Source of the DNA: Amoebidium appalachense
Taxonomy: Eukaryota; Protista; Ichthyosporea
Assembly: GCA_963693365.1 (NCBI GenBank)
Contig: CAVNZM010000005.1
Span: 6,888,210 to 6,952,209, forward strand
Reading direction: 5' to 3'
Length of the DNA stretch: 64,000 bases
The position numbers were made by a program, and so were the translations under genes. Of this stretch, positions 1-18,398 are shown one piece after another; within the stretch, counting starts at the first letter, position 1; every line of letters begins with the position of its first letter. Below the pieces are notes generated by a model, which was not told the DNA's origin, did not search any database, and saw only the letters and a program-made list of their open reading frames with translations.

Positions 1-347
1 GTTTTTCAAAGTCTGGTTGCTCTGAGCAGGGTCACTTCAACGGAAGTCAAAGGGTAACATTGAAAATAAACACCACACACATATCCACGACTCACGACCC
101 TCAAAAGCCGAATCTGCATTCGCCGATGAGGGTCTTTCTCGTTCACAAGTCCGGATCCTCGAAGTAAGATTGCACACTTGTTCCTGTACATGTGTGGCGA
201 CTAGAAGCTCGAGCAGTGTCCCTTGGATTCCTTTTGCTCCTCAGATATCGAAGCAGCCAAGCGGATGCCACGGATACTTTGAAATTCTTGGATGTGGGCC
301 TACGTACCCACTTGCTTTGGCCAGAGACACCAACATTGAGGCAAACA

Positions 348-4670
<4,323 letters not shown>

Positions 4671-5018
4671 AAACAGCAGCAGGAAAGGAAAAATTTCGGA
4701 AGCCGTTAGTCCGTGCTGACTTTAGTAATTTGGTGATTTAATGTGAGACTTTAAGGTCAGCTCAGGGGTTGTACCCTTGCCTCAATTTACAAAGCAATCA
4801 TCAGCCAATGAATCAGTTGTTAACGTTCCGAACTTGTAATACTACTAGGCTGGCTTAGATGCCAAAATAGAGACTACATAAATCTGCGTATATATGCATG
4901 AATGACCGTTAGGCTAGTTGAAGCCTGTAACAGTTGATTAACCAATATAGAGAGTGCAAACTGATGCTGCACTTATAACCACACGAAGGGAAAATTGGAA
5001 GCCTGGAAGTAGCTACAC

Positions 5019-5055
<37 letters not shown>

Positions 5056-5129
5056 TTGTGTGTGTGCGCGTTGGTTTAGGGGCGGAAGGAGGGGGGGGGG
5101 GGGGGGGGGGGGGAGGTGTGCGTGTGTGT

Positions 5130-5160
<31 letters not shown>

Positions 5161-5189
5161 GGGGGGGTGATAGCTCTCTGGTGCCGATG

Positions 5190-6160
5190 TTGAGGCCACG
5201 TATGTAATGTAAAGGTGCAGTGATTTTGCAGGTCACAGAACCATTATAATGTTGCCGCCGTCATCAGCGCTAGCAAATACATACTTGGTCAATAAGGAGC
5301 ACACTGTGATAACTTCCTTTTTTTGTGTTTCAAAATTGTGTTTGCGAAGTTTCTTAATGGTGGCCATGGCTGTCACGTGCTCGACTGAGCTTCCCAATTG
5401 AATGTTCTCCTCCCCTCCCTCCCCCCCTTCCCCCCCCCAGGTACACACACACATGCATACTTCCGTAACACACACCGGGATGACAGATTGCTTGTGCTTT
5501 CTTGGGAAGCTTATTTAATCTTTTTTCAATTCGAGTTGCCAAAGTATCTGTTTCCTATATTACTATAGGAACCACGACCCCCCCTCCCCCCCCCCCCCTA
5601 ACCCCCCCACCCCTCTTCTCCCCCTCATTGCCCCCCATTCCGTAACTATCCGCACCAGCCGTGCACCCCGATGATCCTGCCATACACATTCACGCCTGGG
5701 CTAAAACAACCCTTCGTTTCCCCCCTCGGGAGTTTTTCTATCTAAAGGTAGGCCTATTGTGGGTGATTGCGCAAACATAGTGATTGCGCAAACGTAGTAG
5801 TATGATAGTTGGTAAGCCACCATGGTAGCAGCTAGCAACTGTACGATGGAGATATGGAATGAGGGGAAGAGGAACACATAATTTTTTGAAAGGAAATAAA
5901 GGGGGGATACCCCAGGAGCACCAAGGGACACACTGCATATAGATAGCATTTAAAGGGATAGCGCTCGTTCATGTGCCTGCGCCAGCACGCTGCCAGGCTG
6001 CCACACATGGCCTGGGCTGCTCCTACACTGCACAACTACCAGTGGCTACCAGAAGACGGTGTTTGCAAATGGGAAAAAACAAAAAGGATAGGGGAGGTCG
6101 GTGATCGAACCTTTTTTGATTCAAATTCTGGTTTTTTGTTTGTAGGGGAGGGAGGACCGG

Positions 6161-6202
<42 letters not shown>

Positions 6203-6420
6203 GGGTTGTTCTATATCAGGGTAGTTTGGGTAGCTTCAACATAGGGTTGTTCTATCCCAGGCGGTACTGTACATGCTCGATTGGACCGGGAAGTGGTCAC
6301 CTGCAATGGTCACCCACCAACCCTGGTCACAGCTGACAGAACCTAAGGCCTTGTTACAGTACTCTGCCCTTTACTTCCCCTGTAGCCAGCTCCCCGGGCC
6401 ACGTGCACTAATATAGGTGC
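5190..6420 (-). pseudogene. Possible degraded WD40 (WDR55/JIP5-like) gene fragments
   Basis: Minus-strand fragments read PGELATGEVKGRVL* (~6350-6400), RLLVATGS (~6035-6060) and VITVCSLLTKYVFASADDGGNIIM (~5240-5320). These resemble WD40 blades but are interrupted by stops and frameshifts, and no complete model could be built. Confidence 0.3.
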
Positions 6421-6462
6421 TGTCAAACCCACTTATTGCGTATAATGCTGTATGCTGGTAAA

Positions 6463-6546
<84 letters not shown>

Positions 6547-6850
6547 ACATTGTGCGTGTGCGTGTGCGCGCGTGTGTGTGTGTGTGCGCGCGCGTGTATG
6601 GTGCTCGCGAGATCTCAAACTTAATTTGATGCTGCTTCCATACATACGGGCACATATAAATGCCCATGCACACACATTTCCGAAAGTTTTTAACCTACGG
6701 ATTCTTATTTCACAGCTCCTCTTATCGAAATTTAATTTTCCTCCCAATCTCGGCGATAATTTGCTTTTGTCTGTTTTCTGGTATGTGTGTTCATGTTGCC
6801 ATTTCAGATCTCGATCTTGAATGCTAGTACTAATTGCTAGCTTTTACCAA

Positions 6851-7343
<493 letters not shown>

Positions 7344-8041
7344 ACTAGTGGACCAGAACCTCACACGACACAGTAGCTGCACGTATACATGTGCGAATTC
7401 GAGCGCATTTCAAAAGTGCTAGCTGGCCGACTCTGGCCGAGTCCATGTGCATCCAGGTTCGGCTAAATCTATAAGTGGTGGTGCAACATGACCCAATCAA
7501 ACGCTACCCTACCATGACTTGAGCAGCAGAATCTTAGCGCCACACTCAACTAATGTATATACACGTTATCCACATATTGAAAGAAAATTATAGTCGTATA
7601 CGGCTTTTTATCATATGCATGTGTTCTTATATGCTTTTATCTATTTGTACCATATACTATTACAAAACTACCTCGAACAATGATTTAATGAATGTTATCG
7701 ATTGGTAAAATATCACGAGCGTTTTCCACCGGTACGCAGCGTTGTTTCTGAAAAGCTGTCCGCAACTTTTATCTGTTGTAAACAGACTGTTTAGACACGT
7801 TGGTCATGTTGTTTGATGTTGGTACGTGTGCGTGAAAATAGAGGTTGTAGCTCCTATAAGAGAGTAAAGAAGGCATATCCGCGGGTGCATTTCACGCTCT
7901 CTAAGACGACACACCATCATCGCACGCAGGAGATCGGAGACTGTTCAGAACTCGACAACCATCCTCTAATTGAAAGTAACGACAACATAAAAGAGTGGGG
8001 ATACACGCAGATACACGCACGGTAACTTTAAAATAGTAGAA

Positions 8042-9582
8042 ATGGACGACACAGGAGCAACGTGTATAGATGCTGCCACACATATAGTCTCAACCACGCA
8101 TGCACTTGAGAACATACGCATGGTGTCCCACGCAGACATAGCTGTTAGCAGGCGTTTCAGTGTGCAGCCAGCCACAACCAAAACACTAGTTTTCGTTTGT
8201 GCAGCAAAGGAGGAAGCAAGAGACCTCTCTGTTTCTACGCACGCACACGAAAGTATACCTATTACCGATGTGTCTTTACAAACGACCACTGATAATATAG
8301 ATGTTTCTGCATTACTGGATTCCGCACGTCATCCCTCAAGCCCAGAACAGGACATCACAAAAGAGGTAATAGTTCCAGAGCCGTCACTTGAGAACCGTCA
8401 CACACGTGATGAATCTCTTTCAAAGATTCAACGCACCCATTTCCTCCCCTCAATATATGAGACAAAACACGCCAAATACGATGATGCCTCCTTTGAGCGC
8501 CTTCTCGGGTTGTGTAGACGAGGACAAGCTATGGTTGCCAGTTTGCTGCAAAGCCGCCAGGAACTAACGGAGGAATATGACACAGCAGTGAGCACTTACC
8601 AACGGGAAATAGTTGCGTTAAAAGAGGAAAACGAAATCCTGAAGGCACACCAGAGAGAAAAGGATTCAGCAATGGCGACGATGGCCAAGGAACTGGAACG
8701 GGTAAAGAGGCAGGTGGAAGAGATCAAGACGGAGTCGGAGGCACGTAGGCAGGCGCTCATAAAGATGCAACAGCCCCCACCACAACAACCCAGCCCCACC
8801 CCTCAGGCACACATCCCATCTCCACCAGCGCACGCGGGCGACGTTGAAAGCGCATCACCGGGCAGTGGTGGTTTTACGCCTCCCGGCTCGCCGCTTACAT
8901 TGAAGAAACGGCCACGGAGCACGTCGGTCGTAGGAACGGCGCTAAAACTCGTTCGTCCAACCACAACCACCTCCCCCAGCGATCCCAACCCGGCACAATC
9001 ATCTGTCCAGCAACCAAGTGTGTCTATACAGGCAGCTACACCAGCCACCACCTCCACACCGCTTGTGGCAACACCTGCCATGAATGTAACCAATTCTGTA
9101 AATGGTCCTGGTTCGGGGGGCACTTTGTCTTGTGTGCGCCGTTTGTCGCATGCATCTGTCCAGTTTTTCTTCACCGGATCAGAAACATTGCAGCAGGAGC
9201 AAGGTGTTGCCAATGCGAATGCGCAAGACATGGCTGACAAAAGATTACGCAGATCGGTGAGTTTGGCGAGTGGAGACACGGCAGGGGAAGGGGAGGGGGC
9301 AAAAGGGGAAAAGAGCCCAAGGTTGGTTGGGGAGGGTGGAGAGAAATCTCCAAGGGAGAAGAGAGCAGATTCATTGAAGGCGCAAGGGGACCAAAAAGCG
9401 GTAAAAGTTTCGTTTGGGGGGAGGGGGAGAAGGAGAAAGAGACAATGTCGGCACCACAATCACCATCTGGGGGTGGTGGGGGTGAGGGAAGGTCGCAGGC
9501 TGACAAAGCAAAAGCAAGGAAAAGAGGAGCTTCTTTGAGTATGTTTTCGCTTAAGGGTGCAAAGGGGTCAAGCGATAGCTAG
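8042..9582 (+). CDS. Intronless coiled-coil / low-complexity protein of unknown function (probable 1-nt frameshift near 9416-9421)
   Basis: 498-aa ORF from ATG 8042 with a heptad-rich segment (LTEEYDTAVSTYQREIVALKEENEILK...LERVKRQVEEIK) and a Ser/Pro-rich tail. An alternative frame after the G run at 9416-9421 continues EGEKEKETMSAPQSP...GSSDS* to TAG 9580-9582. Confidence 0.7.
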
Positions 9583-9765
9583 CAAGCTCGGAATGTTCTG
9601 TATGTAGAGTTGTGGGGGTTCAAGTAAGGGCGGTTGGGCTGGGGAGGGGGGGGGAGGAGGGGGGGGGGAGGGGGTGCACAAGGGGGGGGGGAAAGGGGGG
9701 GGGGGGGGGGAGGGAGGAGGGGGGTTCGAGGCTGGATATAGAGACCCGGGAGGGAGGGTGTGTGT

Positions 9766-9849
<84 letters not shown>

Positions 9850-10338
9850 AGAGAGAGAGGGGGGGGGGAGGGGGGGGATTAATGCACATGATCATATCTG
9901 GTAACTCGAATTAATGGTTATGACCGGTAATGAATAAACTCGTGTATATCTTGTTTGCTTTGCAGAACAGTATTGTAGTTCAACCATAGGCATGGTTGAA
10001 GCAAAGGACAAGTCAGTTATGGAAGCCACACTGAGCGAAGTATAGCTTTTAGTATGGCTTGAGCAGGCCTATGTATTTCCATTTGCCGGGGCACCGTCGT
10101 ATTAAAGGCTTGGGGGTGGGTATGATGTATTTGACTCAACGAAGTACGCATTCATGGCAGACAAAACTAGGATTAGGCAGATCGTCCACACAAGAGTAAA
10201 TCGGTGACAGAGAGTGTGCGTCATTATCACCAATGGTTATAGTGTGTTCCACATCCTCCAAGTAATCCATATGCACAGCTGCAGCTGCTGTACGTGTGCG
10301 CATCCCAAGGGGGCCCGGGGGAGGGAGGGAGGTAAGTG

Positions 10339-10379
<41 letters not shown>

Positions 10380-10571
10380 GAGGGGGGGTGGCTGGCTGCC
10401 GGATTAGAGTTTGACCGGATATATACATCATAGTATGATTAGGCTCCGAATTGCCAGAGCGCTACCCCCCAAAAATCTTGGCACACCCCACTCCATATTT
10501 CAAGGGCAAGAAAGTCAAGTGATTAGTCACCTCCGCAACACCACTTTCAACATTAATTAGAGTGTGCTACT

Positions 10572-10661
10572 AGCCTCGATTGGAACTCTGCTATTTTGTA
10601 ATCGGTAACCCTCGTTTTCAAGGGTCCAGATGTACACAGAGTCGGAGTTCCAATCGAGGCT
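10572..10661. ncRNA. Long stem-loop, candidate miRNA-like precursor
   Basis: Perfect 17-bp inverted repeat AGCCTCGATTGGAACTC (10572-10588) / GAGTTCCAATCGAGGCT (10645-10661), with further inner pairing (TGTA/TACA, ATCGG/CCAGAT, ACCCT/AGGGT). Confidence 0.3.
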
Positions 10662-10719
10662 GCTCAACTTGAATACTCGGCAGGGGCAGAAGGCAGCCAC
10701 GGATTGATGTACATCAGTG

Positions 10720-10763
<44 letters not shown>

Positions 10764-10771
10764 GTGTGCGC

Positions 10772-10828
<57 letters not shown>

Positions 10829-12205
10829 CGTGCGTGCGCACACGTGGGTGTGTGTGCGTGCATGTGTGAGGAAGGGAAGGGAGAGGGGAGGAAGGGCACC
10901 AGGAGGGGGGGGGGGTTTGAATGCGGAACACGGTACGAAGTACGCATACATGAAGGACACATGCAAAGGCAAACATTCAAGTATGCAACATCAGCCATGC
11001 GCATAGTATGCGTCATAAGCAGAGCCCATCCTCAGGGAGGAAGCAAGTCATCAATTGCGTCTGAGTTTCCACCCCTTAGCCTGCGTATATACGACTCTCC
11101 AACTCAGACAGCAGCATCAACTGAACTTGGGAGGGTCAACCCGTCTTGATCAAAGACGAGCAGGGTTGCTTATGCAAGCAAGGTGAGCAAAACGGTGAAT
11201 ATGTGTGTGCAAACTAACGCAGTGCAGCGGAAAATGCGTATGTGCTTGTAGATGCACGACACAGAGCAACCATGCCCGGTTGCATGGAAGTAAAGCGGTC
11301 TCCACACAGTGGTCTGTCCTGAAAGGACACCTCTGTCAAGATGCACATCTGCATCTGCCTAAGGATACCATTCTGAGGTCCTAGGCCATATATAAATCGA
11401 ATTTCTAGGCCTCGAGGGGGAAGTGGGGTGGCGTGTAGGCGAATATCAGCTTCGGAGCCCACAGGAAGGGGCAGGAGGGAGGGAGGTTTGTGTTTGTGTG
11501 GGGGAGGGGGGGAATGGGAAGGCAAGGCGGTAGGGTTGAGGGAGCCGGGGGAGGGGGGAGGGGGGGGGGGGGGGGGAAGGGGAGGGCTCTAAAGGAGAGT
11601 AAAGGAAATAGGGAAAGGACTTGAGTGGTGCGGGGTCCACCCGGCAAGCCAGGCCTCACGACATATTTAATACTACCTTATATATAGATTGCATTGGTTT
11701 ATACGTTCAAGTCATGTATCATCCACAGTCACGTATTTTAAAACCATGACAGTAAATTTGCACATATTAAGGGTTCTAGATCTATTGCACGTTAAAGGTA
11801 TGTTGTGGTTCATGCATGCCGAGCAAAAGAAAAAGAAAGACACACTAAAGCCTAACAACCCTATATCTAGTGAAATTAGACTGTACCTACAGATATGTGC
11901 ACGCACATCATTTTGCTATTTTCCAAAAACCTACCGAGACAAGCGAGGTGCCCACCACATGTCGTCGACCACGCCCTAGAGCTTTACTTCCGTAATCCCC
12001 CCCCCCCCCCCCCCCCCCCCCACCCTCCTCTCCCCCCCCCTTCTCAGCCAGGTCGTCCCCCCCCCCCCCAAAACCCCCCCCATCCTTCCTCAAGCCCACC
12101 AACAAAACACATACAAACACACGCGTATAATTGTGTTCCTGCAGAGCACATATCTAAATCAGAAGCAAAACCCACCCTTTCCGAGTCGTTTCCGCCTCCT
12201 TCTAC

Positions 12206-13213
12206 CTATGCGCCCTGTGTACCGTCAAGCCTGTGTTGGTATTTTAGCAGCGTGGGGGCAGGGGGATCCGGCCTTCCATAAAGGTACACAGCGGCAATGA
12301 CGAGACTGGCGCCCATCACAAACATGGATTGAATCACAAAGCCAAGGAACATGGCCGAGAGGATGACGCTCAGCACAATAGCAACACTCGTAGCGAATGC
12401 CTTGAGAATGTTGTCGGCGTACTTAACCACCACCGCCGTGACCAGACCACCAAGCGAACTGATGGCAATGACAGACCACACGATGTTGTTGTATCCAACA
12501 AAGAATCCCTCTTCGACCACCCTCTCACCGTCGTTCCACCAAACCGCCATCAGACCGAGCGAACCCCCAAACAGCGCCAACTGCACGTTTCTTACCCAGA
12601 CAGACGTCGGTGTTCCTTTAAGGATCTTCTCGAAGTATACACCCGCAAAACCAGAGGTCATGCACGCACAAATCACCGCCACCAATCCGACAAAAGCGTT
12701 TCCGGATTGCTTCGTTTCCGCAGCGCTAGAGGGCATCTGAACCAACGCAACACCCATCATGAGAACGAAAAGCGAAAACCATTTGAGGTTGCTGAGCGAT
12801 CTGTTAAGCATGAGCACACTGAACACCGCCGTGGTTAGAATTTTCAACTGGTATGTCACCTGGAAAGTTGCTGCATCCAGGTTGCTAATTGCCACAAATT
12901 GGAGGTTGTTTTGTACCATGTAAAGCCCGGCCGGAACTGCAAGTTTGAACGTTTCACCTGGTTTGCGTATAATCTCATCTCGCAGCTGGCGTATAACGGC
13001 GGATACGGAGTGTGAGTTCTCGAAGAAGAGGAGCACAAAACATGCGAGCATTTTCAGCAACTCGCCCATGACCACCGCTGTGGATGATATGTACATTGGG
13101 CCATCTGTGGTGCGACTGTAGCGCATGACTAGTGCCTGGGCGGTGTTTTGGACCACCAATACAAGAAGGGAGACATATTTAATGTCTAGCCCAAATATGC
13201 GTGCCGGGGCCAT
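12206..13213 (-). CDS. SLC35A-family nucleotide-sugar transporter (UDP-galactose/UDP-GlcNAc type, SLC35A2/A3-like), intronless
   Basis: 335-aa multi-TM ORF with family motifs KYVSLLVLVVQN, ELLK, LAVPAGLYMVQNNLQFVAISNLDAATFQVTYQLKILTTA, SGFAGVYFEKILK, SVWVRNVQL, VVKYADNILKAFATS. Confidence 0.95.
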   Translation of the reverse strand: MAPARIFGLDIKYVSLLVLVVQNTAQALVMRYSRTTDGPMYISSTAVVMGELLKMLACFVLLFFENSHSVSAVIRQLRDEIIRKPGETFKLAVPAGLYMVQNNLQFVAISNLDAATFQVTYQLKILTTAVFSVLMLNRSLSNLKWFSLFVLMMGVALVQMPSSAAETKQSGNAFVGLVAVICACMTSGFAGVYFEKILKGTPTSVWVRNVQLALFGGSLGLMAVWWNDGERVVEEGFFVGYNNIVWSVIAISSLGGLVTAVVVKYADNILKAFATSVAIVLSVILSAMFLGFVIQSMFVMGASLVIAAVYLYGRPDPPAPTLLKYQHRLDGTQGA

Positions 13214-14626
13214 GTTGACGCGTGTGTCTGGGTGGATAGATGCAAACGGCTGGAATATAGGTTCGAAAGCCTAAAAAGGCAAAAAAAAAAACCCCTGATG
13301 TGGTGGTGGTTTTGCAATGTTTTAGCGAACTAAGATTTGCGTATCAGATTAGGTCGTGGTCACACTCTACACGTATTAGACACACCACATGGTGTGTTGT
13401 TTCCTTGGGTTATTTAGTGCATGTACACTGAAGGAAACTTTGACTAGTAAGAGGACGCGTGTATTAGTTGCAAACAAAGTGAGTCGACTGCGCGAGGCTG
13501 CGAAGCGTGGTGCACGGGCCACGGGAGAAACCAACATCCAATCAAGATTAATAGCCAATCAGCAACGATTTCATTGCCTCCGCTTTCGCCGCAAGATTTT
13601 ATTACAGCCAATCAGATGGGTGCATCGGCCATACCTCCAGGGCTTGAAATGTATCGACTTTCTTTCTCTTCTAACGTACTAATATTCAATCGTTGCATTG
13701 TCCTAGTATATACAAAGATATGATTTAAAATGTCTTTTCGCTCAGTAAAATTGTGTCATATCAATCAGGTAACTCTTTTATAATCTGCCGGTAACTTAGC
13801 GTTATGCAACCTAATCGTCATTCTGATCGTTGATATGGGTCTGGCATACGCACAGAAAGCCATAGCGTGACAATCAAGCAATCATTTGGGTAGCACTGAT
13901 TTATGCTAGCCAATCAGGACGGGTGTTGCATTTGTACCAAATGCATCATGTGTACACGTGGCAGGATAAACACGTGGCGGGGGTCAACGTCGGCTCCACT
14001 GTGCCTATCTATACGCATGCATATATATATGTGCGCACTGTGTGCGGATTTTGGTTATGAACAGGCCACAAAGTGTGAGGGGGATATAGCCGATAGAACT
14101 TTTTCCGTGATGTGCTGGCAACATGTGCCCCTCATCCATTGCCATTTGCAGCACCATGTCCATGCCCATGATCATGCACTGGGTCCATCGAGCCCCGGGA
14201 ACGCAGCACGTGCTAAGTCGACTATGTAGTACTGGCACACACCATCTGGTTCGCGCATACTGCTGCAGATGTGGATGCACACCATCACACTTGGTTCACC
14301 ATGCACATGTCGCAGCAGCAATTGCAACAACATTGAATGTTACGTACACAACTCCTACTGCGCAACCGCGTGCACAAGCATCAAACTCACATCGCTTCAT
14401 CAACGGTTCTTGTATGTTTATTGACCCCCATGTGGCTGCCACGACAATACTGGCAACCATGCTTCATTCATAATTTTGCGAAATCTGTACAGCACGACAA
14501 GAGTTACTAGTCTCAGTGACACACAGTTTTAACACTGAAAACGATGTGCCGGTGCAGAAAGAGCGGCAAAAACAAGAAATAAAAAATATTGCCATTTGGC
14601 CAGGTCACGGCCTGCCTTGTAATCAT

Positions 14627-14674
<48 letters not shown>

Positions 14675-15001
14675 AAAAAAAAAAAAAGAAAAGAAAAAGA
14701 AAAAAAAGAAAGAAAGAAAAAAATAAAAAGAAAGAAAGAAAGAGAAACAGGAAAAAGAAAACAGAACAGAAGGGAAAACCCACACCAAACCCACTCTAGT
14801 AGCCACTGGCTATAGTACGTATGTCGATCTGCTACCCAGTATCTACCTGTCGAAATTTCAACGAGTCAGTGGGAAAAGCAAACAAAGTATATCTCCTCCG
14901 TCGAGATAACATTGGTTAAAAAGGGCTAGAAGATAAACACATACATCTACACCGAGATAGCGCCTTGCCAAAAATGGCTAGTAGACAGCCGCACATATCT
15001 C

Positions 15002-15682
15002 CTAGACCGAGATAGTCTTGAACACGTTGAACCCCGACCCAGCCGTGGTGATGAGCACCCCCGAGCACTGTCTGTGCCAGTGGTGTTCCTTGACGTCCTT
15101 CTGCCCCTGCGTGTGGCAAAAAAAAGAAAGAAATGAATGTCAGCACACAGCCCCATCGCACGACATCTTGCTCACGTGCTGCACCCTCCTCTTAGCAAAC
15201 CGACAACCATTGCATCCTTCACAATCAACAGACATTTTGACGTGCACGCACGCACGCACATATACACACAGGTACGCAAGCAAGCAAACATCGTGCCCCC
15301 CCTCCCCCCCCCCCCCCCCCCCCCACACACCCACCCCCTAACCATTGGGTGGGTAAGTGGGTTGGAGTGTGTGTGTGTGTGTGGGGGGGGGGGGAGGATT
15401 GGTTTATCCTTCCCTTTTAGTCCCACAACCCGACTGAGAGCCTGAAGAACTAGAGATTGCACTCAACTTGAAGCCCGGTGTCAAACACATATTGGATGGT
15501 TGAGCGAAGTGGGGTGTTCTTTGGAGAGAGAATAGGGGAAACCAACAACTCACTATCGGTGTCGATGAGAACACAATGACCATAACAATACCGTGTGTGA
15601 GGAGACTGCGGAGATGAGGTGAAGTGTCTAATGGCACACACGCACACACACACACACGTGGAAAAACAAACGGGCACCCCCC

Positions 15683-15735
<53 letters not shown>

Positions 15736-16045
15736 AGTCCATCAAAACTATCCGGTAGGAGGGACGGCGGGTTAGGGAGAGTCAGGACAAATCGAGGACG
15801 ATCCCCCCCCCCATCTCGGGATTGGGGGTGGGGAAAGGGGGGATGGGTGGATGGGTTTGGGAGGAGGGGTCGGGTGGGGTGGGTGGGTGGGTGGGGGGGG
15901 GGGGGGGGGGGGGGGGGGGGGTATCTAACAGCACCAAGATGCATTCATTACCTGATGGATGAACAGAAGTTGTGGGGGCACATTTGCCAGCGTTGCATCC
16001 TCCCCACCCTCCGGGTCGGGTTCCACGGACAGATCCCACAGGGTG

Positions 16046-16102
<57 letters not shown>

Positions 16103-16632
16103 GGGTGTGTCAAATTCAGAACAAATAAAAAACTTCGCTGTGGGCCACAATGGTGTCAATTATAGGCAAACACAGACACAAACATTGATATAGAAACATC
16201 TCGAGTACGAGTGCACAAAACACGCCACTTGCTAAAAAGGAGCACCCCCCCCCCCCCCCCCCCCCCCCCGCCCCCCCTTCCCACCTTCCCATGTACACCC
16301 CAATCACCCACCCCACCCTTGCCCCCGACCAACCCGTATTGAACAGAACAAGTATAGAAACAAACAATCATATAGAGCATACACGTTTACGAGAATGTGC
16401 CCGACCTGCACGGAACCACCAAAAATGCTACTGTAACACTTTATAGAATGGTAAGAAATCACGTGTAGCTTAATACACATGCCACATGTGTGCCTGTGTC
16501 TGCACTTGTGTGCTCACACATCAACAGCCACTTCGTGCTTGTGTGTGGGCATGTGTGTTCAGGTACGCGGACAGGTGCATATAGGACCATGGTTGTGTAG
16601 GTGTAGGTGTACGTGTGTGTGTGCGTGCGCAC

Positions 16633-16699
<67 letters not shown>

Positions 16700-16968
16700 T
16701 ACGTGTGTACGTGTGTATGTATGTGTGTGTGTGTATGTATGTGAGTGAGTGAGTGAGTGAGGTAGTGTGTGTACGTGTGTGTACGTGTGTGTGTGTGTGT
16801 GCACGTGTACCCACCTGGTCATCTGCACCAGACACGGCAATCACAGAGTCCTCCGTCGGATGCCATTCGACTGATGTGATGGGTGCCGTGTGCCACTTGA
16901 ACGTGGCTACGGGCTCGGGCTTGCCGCTGTGTGAAGGTGTGGGTGTGGGTGTATGTGTATGTGTGTGT

Positions 16969-16999
<31 letters not shown>

Positions 17000-17883
17000 G
17001 GGGGGGGGGGGAGGGGGGGGGGGAGGGGGGAGGGGAGGGGGGCATGTTTATTCGGTGTGTGTTAGCCTTCCTGGGTATGATAGATTTTCTATGCACGATG
17101 TCATCTGCCGGTAGTTTGGTAATTTGAAGGGGGCTTCTTAAATGGCCAATTTTAAGGCCCTTGCGGGTCAGACCAGGATGCTGTTTGATGCGCATCTGAC
17201 AAATCATAAACTGCAAATCTCTTCTGGCTGACCCGACCTGAAATTCCTAAAAGAAACCCCCTTTAAACATGACACCCATGTCCCTGTTCTCACACAACAG
17301 TCCGATCCACCGGCATCATAGTGCTCAACTTCCGAGCCACATATTTTCATTCCGGGCCTCCCTTTCACGTGAGCTCACAAGGATATATGCACGTGTGGTT
17401 CAAAAGAAAAAGAAAAAACCAAGGGAATACATTGTGGGTGAATTGGTACCGAGCCAATATGCCATTAACTGTGTTAAAGCGAGTTTTACACGTGCATATA
17501 CCCTCGTGCGCTCAGGTGAAGGAAGAAGCTTAGAGAAGAGAAGAGGAGGGGAGATGTAGAAAAGTACAATCCCACGGAAGAGCTGAAAGCAATATCCAAC
17601 GATGGAAAGAGCAGAGGTGGCAGTAGCCGTCCCAGCGTGGGGAGGGTTGGGGGTTGGGGGGGAGAGGGGGGGGGGGGGGGGGGGGGGGGGGGAGCGAAGG
17701 GGGGTATGAGTGGGGGATGCTTTACTGGGAGTATAAAAAAAACGCATTCACGACAGAGAACACAATAAAGAAGTTGCAGAGCACACACACACAACAGGGA
17801 CAGTGTGTTCGTGTGTGTGTGTGTGTATGTGTGTGTGTGTGTGTGTATGTGTGTGTGTGTGTGTGTATGTGTGTGTGTGTGCC

Positions 17884-17919
<36 letters not shown>

Positions 17920-18004
17920 GGGGGGGGTTACCTGGGGAACATCCTGAGGTCCCAAACCTTGATGACACCGTCATCACCACCAGAAACCAACAGATAGTTG
18001 ACGG

Positions 18005-18052
<48 letters not shown>

Positions 18053-18204
18053 ATGGGGGGGTTGGGGGCGGAACATGAATGAATGGTCAGCATTATATTT
18101 TGCAGCTCGTGTTGATTTGAAAAGGGTAGGAGGAGGAGGAGGAGGAGGAGGAGGAGGAGGAGGAGGAGGAGGGAAGGAGGAGGAGGAGGAGAGGGGGCGG
18201 GGGG

Positions 18205-18239
<35 letters not shown>

Positions 18240-18342
18240 GGGGGTTAAACGACAGGGACGGAGAGAATTGGAGCTCAAACGTGCAGTGAAATGGTTGGAA
18301 AAATTTCTTCCTTTAGCCCCAGATTGTGGCCACACCCACAAA

Positions 18343-18398
<56 letters not shown>

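Noticed and set aside
13903-14473. Overlapping 90-116-aa ORFs between SLC35A and GRWD1
   Set aside because: No recognisable motif, splice chain or codon bias.
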